33,652 nt of DNA from Collodictyon triciliatum. Its lineage: Eukaryota. The position numbers were made by a program, and so were the translations under genes. Below are positions 21,201-33,513 of the stretch, one piece after another. The stretch covers positions 1-33,652 of the forward strand of contig JBHJMP010000901.1 in assembly GCA_043381765.1 (NCBI GenBank), written 5' to 3'. The notes under the pieces are model-generated. The model was not told where the DNA came from. It did no database searches and worked only from the letters and a program-made list of their open reading frames with translations. How positions within the stretch are numbered: position 1 is the stretch's first letter; every line of letters starts with the position of its first letter.

Positions 21201-24200
21201 CATGTAGAGCACTTTTCAGAGTCTATCCAAAACATCGGAAAGCGCTTGACGCCTGTTATGCTCCAACTGTACCGCGCAATTGTGGAGCAACTTCCACCAA
21301 CGCCCTCTAAATTCCACTATATCTTCAACTTGCGCGACCTCAGCAGAGTATATGAAGGAATGTGTCTGGCAACCATCGACAAATTCGCCACGTCGTCCTC
21401 TTTTCTGCGGCTATGGAGAAATGAGTGTCTTCGCGTGTTCCACGATCGATTGATTTCGATGGAAGACAAGAGCTGGATGCAGGAGAAAATTAATGAAATT
21501 ATCAAAGCCAACTTCGAAGAGGATTACGATGCCGTCACTGCCGACCCTATTCTCTTTGGTGACTTTAGAAACGTAATGAATAAGGAAGATGCCTCTATTT
21601 ATGAGGACCTTCAAGACTACGACCATATCAAGCCCATTTTCGAGGAGGTGCTGGAAGATTACAATTACCACCACAAACCTATGAACCTGGTTCTTTTCCA
21701 GGATGCTCTGGAACACCTTACCCGCATCCATCGAATAGTTCGACGAAACCGTGGACACGCACTCTTGGTTGGATACGGTGGTAGCGGCAAGCAGAGCTTG
21801 ACTCGTTTAGCTGGCTATGCAGCAGGGTACGACATATTTGAAATTGTGCTTTCGCGAGGATACGGCGAGGTTGAGTTTCGAGAGGATTTAAAAAAACTGT
21901 ACCGACTGCTCGGTCTTGAGAATAAGAAAATCATTTTCCTGTTTACCGATGCGCACGTTGCCAAAGAAGGATTCCTGGAATTCATCAACAACATGTTGAC
22001 TTCAGGAATGGTTCCAGCGCTTTACCCTGACGACGAAAAGGACTCTATCATCAACAATATCCGTGATGAGGTGGTCACCAAGGGAATTTTTGACAGCAAG
22101 GAAAACTGTTGGAATTTCTTTATCAATAAATGCCGGGATAATCTACATATCGTATTATGTATGTCTCCTGCTGGGGAATTACTGCGTCGCCGCTGTCGCA
22201 ACTTTCCAGGCCTTGTCAATAACACGGTGATTGATTGGTTTACTCTGTGGCCTGAGCAAGCTCTTTATTCTGTTGCCAGTGTCTTTTTGGCGGAGGAGGA
22301 TTTGCCTGCCCGCAATCGCACAGACATCATCAACCACATGGTCATGGTCCACACGTCTGTTGTCAAGTTCAGTTCAGACTACGAAGCGCAGCTTAGGCGC
22401 AAAAACTATGTCACGCCCAAGAATTACTTGGATTTCATCAACAATTATCGCAAATTTTTGCGGGAAAACAGAAAGCGCATTGGCGATTTGACCACCCGTC
22501 TCGACGGAGGCCTCCAAAAGCTGATTCAAGTCGGAGCTGAAGTCGAGTCCATGAACGAAGACCTCGAAAAACAGCAAGTGATTGTAGCTGAAAAGACAAA
22601 CGCTAATGAGCAACTCCTGGAAATGATTTCGCAGAGAACAGCGATTGCCGAAGCGAAGCAGCAAATTGCCTCAAAGAAAGAAGAGGAGCAAAATATTATG
22701 AAAGAGAGCATCATTAAGGAAAAGGCTGAAGCTGAGCTGGCCCTGGAAGCCGCCCTTCCAGAACTCATGGCAGCCACAGAAGCTCTAAATACACTCACAA
22801 AGAACGATATCACTGAGATTCGTACCTTTGCTCAACCCCCTATTGCCGTCCAGGCAACTTGTGAGTGTGTCGCTATCATCCAACAAAAAGATACCCAATG
22901 GAAAAGCATCAAGGCGATGATGACGGCGCCAGACTTTTTGGATCAGTTAAAAAACTTCAATAAGGATTTGCTGAATGACAGGCTTATTCGCCAAGTGCGT
23001 GAAGTGATCAAAAAGAGGTCCCTTTCGGTCGAAGACATGGAAAACATCAGTAAGGCTGGCACAGGTCTCCTGAAATGGGTCTTTGCGATGGTCAATTACT
23101 ATGAAGTCGCAAAGACTGTGAATCCAAAGAAGCTTGCAGTCGCGCAGGCTGAAAAAAGCTTGAAAAAGAGCGAAGACGAATTGACGCGCACAAAGGCCGA
23201 GTTGCAGCAACTGCAAGATGAGCAAAACAAGCTCAGCCAACAGTACAGCCAAGGGACACAAGAACAACAGGAACTCAAGGAAAAAACAGAAATCATGCAA
23301 AAGCGTTTATCTGCAGCTCGCCAGCTCATCTCTGGTCTTGGTACAGAAAAGGAGCGATGGACTAAGGACATGGAAGATTTGAAGGTGACTCGACAGAGAC
23401 TTGTTGGAGACTGTTTGTTGGCAGCCGCGTTCCTCAGCTACTCCGGAGCGTTCACTTTTGAATTCAGACACGAAATGGTATACAAACTTTGGTATGATGA
23501 TGTTGTCGAGCGGTCTGTCCCTCTCACGACTCCATTCAAGCTAGAGACGCTTCTGACAGACTCTGTGGAAATCAGTCGCTGGGCTTCCGAGGGACTTCCG
23601 TCTGATGAACTCTCCGTTCAGAATGGTATTCTCACTACGCGCTCCAATCGCTGGCCGCTGTGTATTGACCCACAGATGCAGGCTGTCAACTGGATTAAGA
23701 AAAGGGAAATCAAAAATTCGCTCAAGATTTGCACATTCAACGACCACGACTTTTTGAAGCAGTTGGAACTGGCCATCACGTACGGATTCCCACTTTTGTT
23801 TGAGGGTATCGACGAATACATCGACCCCGTCATTGATACTGTGCTTGAAAAGAACATCACCATTGTGGGGAACCGCAAGTTTATAATGTTGGGCGACAAA
23901 GAGGTAGATTGGGATGACAGCTTCCGTCTGTATTTCACCACAAAGCTCTCCAATCCCAGTTACTCTCCAGAAATCTTTGGTAAGTGCATGGTCATCAATT
24001 ACACAGTGACACAGCAAGGATTACAAGACCAACTTCTGAACGTGGTCGTGGGCTACGAGCGCCAGGATTTGGAACGCCAAAGAATCGACCTGATCAAACA
24101 AATGAGCGAGAATCGAGCCCTCTTAAAGAATCTGGAGGACACCTTACTACAGGAGCTCGCCTCGTCGACTGGCAACATTCTAGACAACCAGGATTTGATA

Positions 24201-26258
24201 GACACCCTTGAAAACACAAAGTCGAAGGCCATGGAAGTGTCCCAGAAACTCGAGCAAGCAGACGAAACTGCCAAGCAGATTGATATCGTTCGTGATGGAT
24301 ACCGTCCAGCAGCCAAGCGAGGGTCCATCCTATTCTTTGTCATGTCCAGCCTCTCTGCAATCAACTCCATGTACGAATACTCTCTAAATTCGTATCTTGA
24401 AATCTTTGAGCAATCGCTGGCTAGAAGCGAAAAGGACATGGTTCTGCTCAGTCGTCTTCGGAACATCATCAATACGCTGACATATAATGTGTACAAATAC
24501 GTGTGCACAAGTCTTTTTGAACGCCACAAACTCATGTTCTCCTTCAACATGTGTGTCAAGATTCTGCAGGGAGATGGTGCCATCGACTCAAATTACCTAG
24601 ACTTTTTCTTGAAAGGAAACCTCTCGCTTGAAAAATCCACCCGGAAGTGTCCCTTCTCCTGGTTTCCTGACCAAGGATGGGAAGACCTGCAGCGACTCAA
24701 CACGATGGCCACTGTGTTTGAAACCATCGTGGACGACATCGAAAAGAATGAAGAAGTATGGAAGCAATGGTATGACTTGGAGACGCCCGAGACGCATCCC
24801 ATCCCCATGAACTATGCAAACACGTTGGACCCCTTCCAACAAATGATGCTCTTAAAGTGCCTCCGAGTGGACCGTTGTTATTGGGCGGTCACGCGCTTTG
24901 TCATTCTCAAGATGGGCGAGAAGTATGTCCGGCCTCCCGTGCTTGACTACCACGGCATTTTTGAGCAGAGCTCGCCCATGTCTCCTGTTGTCTTTATCCT
25001 CAGTCCTGGAGCTGACCCAGCATCCGACGTCTTCAAGCTAGCTGACAAGCTTGGGTTTGGAGGAGCGCGTCTAAAAGTCAGCTCCCTGGGTCAAGGACAA
25101 GGCCCGCAAGCCATGCAGTATTTGGAAGGCGGTGTTGCCCGAGGCCACTGGGTTCTGTTGCAGAACTGTCATCTTCTGGCATCTTGGCTCAAGCAGCTGG
25201 AGAAGTTCCTGGACAAGATGGAGAAGCCCAACAAGGACTTCCGCCTGTGGCTGACCACCGAGCCTACCGAAAAGTTCCCGATTGGCATTCTGCAGCGCTC
25301 TTTGAAGGTCGTGACTGAGCCTCCGACTGGGCTCAAGCTGAACATGACCGGCAGCTACTCAAAGATTTCGGACGAGCAGCTGGACCAATGCCCTCACCCC
25401 GCATTCCGCTCCCTGGTCTATGTCCTTGCATTTTTCCACGCTGTGGTACAGGAGCGCCGCCGATATGGAAAGATTGGTTGGAACGTGCCGTACGACTTTA
25501 ATGAGTCCGACTTCCGTGTGTCCCTTTCGCTGCTGAACACATATCTCACAAAGGCCTACACGAATAACGACAACACGCCATGGGGTTCGCTTCGCTACTT
25601 GATTGGTGAGGCTATGTACGGAGGCCGCGTCACAGACAGCTTTGACCGACGCGTCCTTATCACATACTTGGATGAATACATGGGCGACTTTTTATTCGAC
25701 ACTTTCCAGCCTTTCCATTTCTATGTCAATAAGGACACAAATGTCGACTACAAGATTCCCACACCTGGGCCTTTGGAGAACTATCTGGAAGCAATCTCGA
25801 ACCAGCCCCTGATCAATTCGCCCGAAGTCTTTGGATTGCACCCCAACGCAGAAATAGGGTACTTGACAAACTCTACAAAGGAGCTGTGGCGCAATGTGGT
25901 GGATATGCAGCCGCGTGTTGGGAATGCCGCAGGTGGAATCAGCCGCGACGAGTACATTAAATCTGTTGCCTTGGATTTGCAGACAAGAATCCCAGAGCCT
26001 TTTGACTTGCATCGCACCGCGAAAGTTCTTGGCGAGGGGATAACACCGACACAGGTGGTCTTAATGCAGGAGCTGGAGAGGTGGAATCGACTGGTGAATA
26101 AGATGATTGTGATGTTGAGAGAGCTTCTCAAGGCCCTCGCTGGAGAAATCGGTATGTCGAATGAGCTCGATGACCTTGCAAACTCGCTGTATATTGGTCA
26201 GCTTACGCACTCGTGGAGAAGCCTCGCACCCGACACACAAAAGTCCCTCGGTAGCTTT

Positions 26259-26329
<71 letters not shown>

Positions 26330-27338
26330 CCTAACGATATTTTTAGTTTCTTTGGTGGTCATAATTCACGCTCGACTACAAGCATTTTTTGAAGAAGTGC
26401 ATTTTTTTTTTGGTTTTATTAATAAGGGTGTATTTGTTTGTAGGAAACTGGATGCTTCACTTTGAAAGAAGGCACAAACAGTACGTCGCTTGGATTGAAG
26501 AAGGGGAACCCATTCTCATGTGGCTCTCTGGTCTTCACATTCCCGAGGCTTACCTCACTGCACTGGTTCAAATGACGTGCCGTAAGAATGTTTGGCCGTT
26601 GGATAAGTCTACTCTCTACACTCGTGTAAGTCAATTTTTCTTTTTTCTTTTNNNNNNNNNTTTCTTTTTTCTTTTCTTTTTTCTTNNNNNNNNNNNNNNN
26701 NNNNNNNNNNNNNNNNNNNNNNNNNNNNNNNNNNNNTTTTTCTTTATTTTCTTTTTTTCTGTTGGCATTTATTTGCATTCCATACGCCACAGGTCACAAA
26801 ATACACCAAAATGGAAGAGATTCCCGAAAGACTGGCGTCCGGTTGCTACGTGACTGGGTTATATTTGGAGGGTGCTGCATGGGATTTGTACGTCTCAATC
26901 AAATACATCTTTGTGTTGGTTTTCATGCGAATCTAGTTATCTATTTTACAGTCTCGCCATCGCATCAATCATCCCAGGAAAAACTGCCGGTTGACTCCGC
27001 AGAGACCCAAAGAACTTGTTGTTGAACTCCCCATCATGCAAATCATTCCTGTGGAAATGACGAAACTGAAGTTGCAAAACACTCTGCGCACACCAGTGTA
27101 CACCACACAAAACCGCCGGAATGCTATGGGTGTTGGTCTTGTGTTTGAGGCCGACCTGAACACAGCCGAGCACCCCAGCCACTGGGTTAGTCTTTCTTCG
27201 AGCAGAATCCAATAATAGCACTGAATCATATGACTTTGCTGAGTTTGCTATTTAGCCAGTTGATGCTGCTGTTCTGACTTTTCGTTTTCATCAATACAGG
27301 TGTTGCAAGGGGTTTGCCTGGCTCTCAATATCGAATAA
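9267..27338 (+). CDS. DNAH10: Axonemal dynein heavy chain, inner arm I1/f alpha type (DNAH10 / Chlamydomonas DHC1-like), ~4500 aa, 36 exons
   Basis: P-loops [24 protein letters not shown] and [30 protein letters not shown] and [12 protein letters not shown]; coiled-coil stalk with microtubule-binding domain. Long two-headed-type N-terminal tail ([43 protein letters not shown]). The C-terminus [13 protein letters not shown]...[17 protein letters not shown] is characteristic of the DNAH10 clade. All 35 introns placed in frame; stop TAA at 27336-27338. Confidence 0.92.
14775..14876. repeat. Microsatellite (TTTCC)n in dynein intron 22
   Basis: 5-bp pyrimidine unit repeated ~20 times. Confidence 0.95.
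17251..17352 (+). other. GC-AG intron (102 nt), dynein intron 31
   Basis: Donor AAAG|GCAATC and acceptor CCACAG|AT. Splicing gives [24 protein letters not shown], whereas read-through hits a TAA after a few codons. Confidence 0.85.
17353..26250 (+). other. Single 8898-nt exon encoding the dynein linker, AAA1-AAA6, stalk and part of the C-terminal domain
   Basis: Uninterrupted ORF (track 17286-26465) bounded by acceptor CAG at 17352 and donor G|GTAGC at 26251. Confidence 0.9.
26257..26329. repeat. Microsatellite (TTTA)n in dynein intron 32
   Basis: 4-bp unit repeated ~17 times; it gives the spurious FIYL tail of the 3059-aa ORF. Confidence 0.95.
26652..26736. other. Assembly gaps (N at 26652-26660 and 26686-26736) inside a T/C-rich tract in dynein intron 33
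   Basis: Runs of N flanked by T-rich low-complexity sequence; the coding frame is unaffected. Confidence 0.95.
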
Positions 27339-27577
27339 AGTGACTCATTTATCTTATTTATAATGTTTCCCTATAACTTGACTGCAATGAGTCATCGCCG
27401 TGTCATGATTGTGTCGATATCGTGAATGGAATCCAAAACAAATGCCTTTTCACTCCAAGATGATGAAACACACACATATATACATTCATTATGTTTGGAT
27501 AAAATATAATAATACCAATTACTGTCATTGTCACAGAGTACCATGGTGAAATTAGGGTTCACCTAATATCTCACTTG

Positions 27578-27675
27578 TTTTCTTCGTTGTTTTTTTTTCT
27601 TTTTTTCTTATTTTCTTTTTTTTCTTTTTTTTTCTTTTTTTTCTTTTTTTTCTTTTTTTTCTTTTTTTTCTTTTG
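27578..27675. repeat. T-rich low-complexity tract (T8-11C)n between the convergent 3' ends of dynein and the LRR gene
   Basis: Directly visible; the minus strand gives a spurious poly-Lys ORF. Confidence 0.9.
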
Positions 27676-27951
27676 TACCATCGCATCTGCTTCTCGATTC
27701 AATCCTCCTTTGAGTTTTTCCTGTCCTTCTAAGCACAGCAAACGTAATGCGCATCCAAGATTTACCAACCGAACCACCTCGCTGCTACTCAAGTTCTCTT
27801 TATCCTTCGAAACAAAGAAAGAAAAAAGAAAAAAAACAATAACTGTAAATCTTTTATTTCTTCCTGTCTGTGTACCTTTTCACCTCTTGACCCCATAAGC
27901 GCAGTACAGGCCGATATCACTGCCCTGCACGAGACCCAACACAATGAATCA

Positions 27952-30900
27952 TCACCCGTCCGAGAGAGTAAAGTAGTAGCCAGACTTCTCCGAGCTCTGG
28001 GTCTGAGACCTCCTTGACAGGCGCGACAACTGAGTGCGCTCCATCAACTCGGACATGTTTATCGACAGATACTTGAATCCATTGCTGAAGACGCTGCGGA
28101 TGGATGTGAAGTGGTATTTGCTTGCGCAAAGCACAAGGACAACAACAACTACTACATTCAGCAGGACGAAAAGCACTTCGAGAAAGAGGAGGTCGCCCGA
28201 TATTTTGACAATGAATCCTATCAGAAAGGATGTTGTCAGAACATACAGACTGGCCAGCTCCAGACGGTTCTCGATTCTCCGGTTGAACGGCTGCGCCATG
28301 TGCTGGACGAGTATGCTAACCTTTATGGAGGAGAATGTTTTGGTTGGAATGAGCATTCATCGAGATGATTTGCGTTTTGCCTTGTTTGAATTAAAGGGGA
28401 AAAAAAGAAGAGAAGAGAAGGGGAGGGAGGTGGAACTGTGTGTGTTTCTTGGGACGATTGGTCTACCTGGAGCAAAATGAATATCGATATTGTTGAGACT
28501 TCGGGGCTTCCATATGGTATTGCTTGTGTCAGTGCCACAAGGACGAGCCTTCGAATGACGATGACAAACTCCCAGTAGTAATAGTTCTGCAGGCAAGCAA
28601 CATAACAGGTTAGTGTGTCTGCATAGGCAAGGAAAAAGACAAACGTGTATGGTAGAAGCGAGTGGTTTGCAGGTAGTCCGAAATATAATGCAATGCCAAT
28701 GACTTATATTCATAGAGTGATGGTGCCAGATAGGTGTTGGTTTAATTTACATTTTATGTGTCTATCGAAAGAATCAAACAAGGGTAAAATAGAAGAAGAA
28801 AATAACAGGAACAAATTTATGAATAGCAAATGAAATATACCTCCTTGTAAACCCCACAAAAGAACGAGTAGATTGTATTTGTGTAATAATCCAAGGGGAC
28901 TTTTTGTTTGAGCTCTGTTCGGCTGTGGACATAGTAAAGGCCATAGAGCGGGTATCCGAGCGTATATGCAAAGAAGACGGCAACAGACAGAACTAAGATT
29001 GGTGCATAGCCTTTGTCCATGGGCGAGCAAGCCAGCCAGGGATACTCGTTGAGATACCACGTATTGTTTGTCTCTTGGTAAAGAACACAGCTGAACGACT
29101 GAAAGACACGCTCTGTAATTCCGGTGTACATCAACTGGAATAGAGACAATCCAATTTGGAGAACCTGTTTAACGTAGATAATATGTTGAATGCATATATA
29201 GTTATTCAATTTTTTTTAATTAGAGGCTGTTTTTTTTTTTTTAATCTTTGGTGGATTTGTGTATATGTCTAGCTTGTTTTTTTCTCTTTTACAGAAAATC
29301 TTAAGCAAGCATTGCATTTTCATTTTTATTTGTAAGTATATTACCGTCGAAAATTGGTGATATTTCAGTAACTTATAAGATGCGAGCGTGACGGTGATAA
29401 TTGCAAAAAGTCGGGCATATGATAGAATGAATGGCATATATACTTCAGCTCCTTCATAGACACATTCCTGCATCAATTGTATGAAAGTGCGATATTTAGT
29501 GATGGTTTAATTTTTCTCAAGCATCGAGTATAGTCAGACAAAAAAAAACTCAAGCAACGTGGTACACGTCTAACATATTTTCAAAACGTCGTGTTGAAAT
29601 ATTCATATTCTATTATTTGGTATGTCTCTTCCGATATTACCATCGATACGATCTCAAAGTTTGAAAACTTCAGTATGGAATATATGGCTGATGACCCAGT
29701 GTTTTCTTGATGGTTATTGAAAACAGAAGATACGAGTATTGAAAGTAATTGAATATGGACGATGAGAATTCTCAGTATTCCTATGCAAAGAAGAAGACCA
29801 TTGATAAATGAAAAATAATAATAAAATAACAATAGCAGTAGTAATAAGATGGCTGTTCAAAATGAATTGTGTTGAATGCACAGGCACAATCTGGGTATGA
29901 ATTTAAATTAATGAGCCTTTTTTTTCTCCTATATATGTAGCTTTAAGCTACCTGAGCCACTCGAAGATAGCTTCGGCAGAAGATAGACCACACCCAAAAT
30001 GGCCAAGGGGATGATGCAGTAAAGTATATAGCGGAAAGTCTTGGTACATCTGACACATGAACGATGTGCCTTTGAGTATCCTTCGCTGCATTTTGAGCAA
30101 AGTCTACCCTCATACCCGGTTTTGCAGGTGAAAATTGAATTTCCATTCGGGTTGCATGCCTGTGAGTTTGGACAAGGAATTATTTCCAGGTCGCCATTTT
30201 GATAGGAACTTGTATAGCAGCTTTGAATAACTGACCCACCAGGACATTCACAATCGGATGGGCAACTGGTGCAGATACCTGAATACCCTATCGATCCTGG
30301 CAAACACAGGCAATATTCATACTTGTAGTAGTCCGGATCCAAATATACTGCCGCGGTTCCGTTATTTCCTCTTATTTGCGGGCAGACATAGGCTCCAGAT
30401 TTTTGTTGCAATTGATATTGCTGCGATATGGAAAAACTTGTTGGGAGAAGGTATCCATCTTGACCCACCAAGTCAGTGGACGAGAGATCCAAATGTGTCA
30501 ATTTCTGTAGCTTATGTATTGATTCGGGTATGATTCCAACCATCGGGTTGGATGAAAAATCAACAACACTCCAGAGATTTGCTCTAGGAATTGTGTCCAT
30601 GGAAGAAAGAAGGTTGCCAGAAAAGTTAAGGTTCTGTATCTCGCCCAAGAAATCATACATGATGCCGTCGATACGACCATATATACGATTGTTGGCGAAG
30701 TTTACATATTGAGCCTCAAATGATACGCCAGGGTTAACACTGGTAAAGAAGAAGAACATGGAATGAATCTCGTACGATAAAATATTGTCTCCCAAATCTA
30801 TAATGTTTAATTGTGATTGAGTTGAAAAAAGATCTGGTGGAAGTAATACAAATCTGTTAGAGTTAAGGTATAATGAGCGAATGTAAGACATGTCCTTAAT

Positions 30901-33339
30901 TGATGGCACGGCTCCAGTGAATTTATTGTACGATAAATCCAAGTAAAGCAACGATTTTAGATTCGAGAAACTCGCTATGGTACCCTCTAGATCATTTTTA
31001 CTTAGGTCAATATCTTGTAAAAATGGTGATGCAAAGTTTGGGAGGTTGCCGATAAATCTATTTCCAAACAATTCAACAGTTTTTAAATTAGGGCATCCTT
31101 CAAGTGTTGGTATTGTTCCAAAGAAATCATTCGATGATGCATATAGAGTTTCTAGCATTGGTAACTTGAATTTTGGCAGTTCTTGGTTTAAATTTAAATC
31201 AGCTATGGCCAGTAAGCGGAGATTATAAAGTCCAAGAAAAGATGGAGCACTTCCGTAGAGCGGATTTGATGATAACCAAAGCTCTTTCAGGTTTGTTAAT
31301 TCATTAAAATCAGGAATCATACCGACTCCCTGATTCGCGTTGAGAGAGAGTATTTCAAGATTTCGGAGATGTCCGTAGTCGGGTATTGTTCCGGTAAACT
31401 GATTCAAGAACAGAGATAATCTTATGAGGCCAGTATTTTCCTTGAATTCAGGGAAATCACCCGACAGTACGTTATTAAATACGTACAAATCCTCAAGATA
31501 AGGTTGATTCGCAAAGGGAGGAACAGTTCCAGTAATTTTATTTCCAAATAAATGTATCTGCCTTATGTTTGTACACCCAAGTTCTGGAATGACGCCAGAA
31601 ATATTATTCAAGTGAAGATAAAGGTGTGTTAATCTCACCATATAGCTGAATGGGGGTAGTTGACCGCTCATGTTATTGCTAAAAAGTGATATTACCCTGA
31701 GCGAATGTAGGCTAGAAAAGTTTGGAACTGTACCAAAAATTAGATTGTCATGCAAATATAACTCGATGACATTTTTGAGTGTCTTAATATCAGATATTTC
31801 GAATTGTAGTCGGTTTCTGGATAAAGCCAGTAACGTGATGAAATTATTTTCATCCATAGTCGGGAGACTACCTGACAACTGGTTGCTATCTAGATTTAGT
31901 ATTTGAATATATGGAATGTCTTTGACCGGTGGCATCGTTCCTTCGATAAAGTTTGATGATGCATCCAAAAAGTATAAAAGATTGGAGTTTAAGTGTACAG
32001 GAAGTTTCCCTGATATCATGTTCCCAGATATTTGAAGTGATTGACACTGCTCGTAGAAAAGTGGGAACCCACCGATGAGCACGTTTTCGCTCAAGTTAAC
32101 GGTTAAGTCAACCTGGGAAAACTGGATGTTACCAATATCGCCTGTCAAAATATTGTTCTCAAGATTCAAATATGTTAGGGAGTGGCATAGCTCGAAAGAC
32201 GGAAGAAGACCTTCGATCTGGTTGTTTGCTGCAGAAAATGTGTGAAGCATCGTAAGGTTCAGTTTGCTTATGGTCCCATCAAATTTGTTATTATCTAGAA
32301 TTATCTCTTCTAGGCCGTTCAGTGAATCGAATGCAGGTATGCTTCCTCTTAAACTATTGTCTTGTAAATTCATTCGTTGTAATCCTTTTAGAAGACTTAA
32401 ATTAGGAAGTGTCCCGTACAATTTGTTTGATTGCAGATCGATAACATGAATGGACGGGTTGTCTATGTCGACAAAACTTCCATATATTTCATTCCGTCCT
32501 AGCCTCAAATCCTTCATGTGCTTAAAATGCTCTATGTTGTCAGAAATTGATGTGATATTTCCAACAAGATTGTTTTCGAATAAGTCAATTTCTACAACAT
32601 CGCATAGATCGTCCTGCAAATGTTCAGAAAAAAATCAATTATTGAACAAGAACAGAATCAATAGAATATATTGTTATGTTACGTCTACTGATAGGGAAAT
32701 AATAATCAGAATACTTACAGAGCATGAGTTGTTTGTACAGTTATCTTGAAGGCAAGTAATCCCATACCACAGGCAGTAACAAACATCTTTATCTTTCCAG
32801 TTCGATTTATTGACCCATTCATCTCCATTCATAATGGTGTAGAAATCAGTCAAGGCATCATAATTGGATTGGAATGGACCATTTATGAAACTAGCACCAG
32901 ACGATGCAGACTTGGTTTTTTTCTGTGCTGGCGGTGGATATGGCCTCCTTTCCAAAGAGCCCTTGAAACCTGGGATGTCCTCTTTGTATAATCCTTCATA
33001 GTAGTATAGTTCGAATTTAATAGACAACAAATCTTGAACAAGACCAATCGCATCATTATATGAAAGTACACTCAAATCGATTGTCGCTTCCGTTTGGTGC
33101 TTCACATTGGGCTTGCTGTTTCTGGTGCATTTTGAATAAGTTGGTGAGATATCTTCAATTTATGAGGCAATAAAGGTGATAGAAGGTTATCAGTATGTTT
33201 TGAGGAAGTCGGTTGACACAAACCCAGAAAGAATCTCGTAAATATGGCTTCTGAGCTGGGCACTGCTATCGCGTGCATCCGAGCACATCGCTTCCAGCCA
33301 AAGAGCGACAGTAAGCGACAAAACGATTGATGACCTCAT
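27952..33339 (-). CDS. Receptor-like membrane protein: signal peptide, LRRNT cap, ~31 plant-type LRRs, Cys-rich stalk and ~9-TM C-terminal domain; ~1400 aa, 8 exons (large exon 32613-29952, last exon 28320-27952)
   Basis: N-terminus MRSSIVLSLTVALWLEAMCS. Cap YDALTDFYTIMNGDEWVNKSNW...CLWYGITC. Repeats LxxLxLxxNxLxGxIP. Stalk CLPG..CTSCPSDCECPGG...CKTGYEGRLCSKCSEGY. Hydrophobic helices with YKE|NYYYWEFVIVIRRL and QPFNRRIENRLELASL. Seven GT-AG introns keep the frame; the exact acceptor of intron 1 (~33115-33122) is uncertain. Confidence 0.85.
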
Positions 33340-33513
33340 TTACTTAAAGAAATGGTTGGCTCTGGAATAGTTTTGCTTGTTATGCAAAAGGGAGAAGTGA
33401 AGAGAAAATATCAATATAAATGGACGAAAACTGGAATAAACCCGAAAAAAATACCAAAACAAGAGATAGAGAGAGGGAGCGAGAAGGGGTGATCGATGTG
33501 TACTGCATGTACT

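Noticed and set aside
17564-26131. Numerous antisense and alternate-frame ORFs of 60-220 aa within the giant dynein exon
   Set aside because: Expected shadow ORFs of a long coding exon; no recognisable motifs.
27545-27574. Small inverted repeats (ATTAGG-GTTCA-CCTAAT; GGTGAA...TTCACC) with one TTAGGG between the convergent genes
   Set aside because: Stems are only 6 bp and expected by chance; no evidence for an ncRNA, terminator or telomere seed.
218-33339. Possible stop-codon reassignment suggested by the fragmented ORFs
   Set aside because: All interruptions are explained by introns. The 8.9-kb and 2.7-kb exons have no in-frame TAA, TAG or TGA, and genes end in TGA or TAA.
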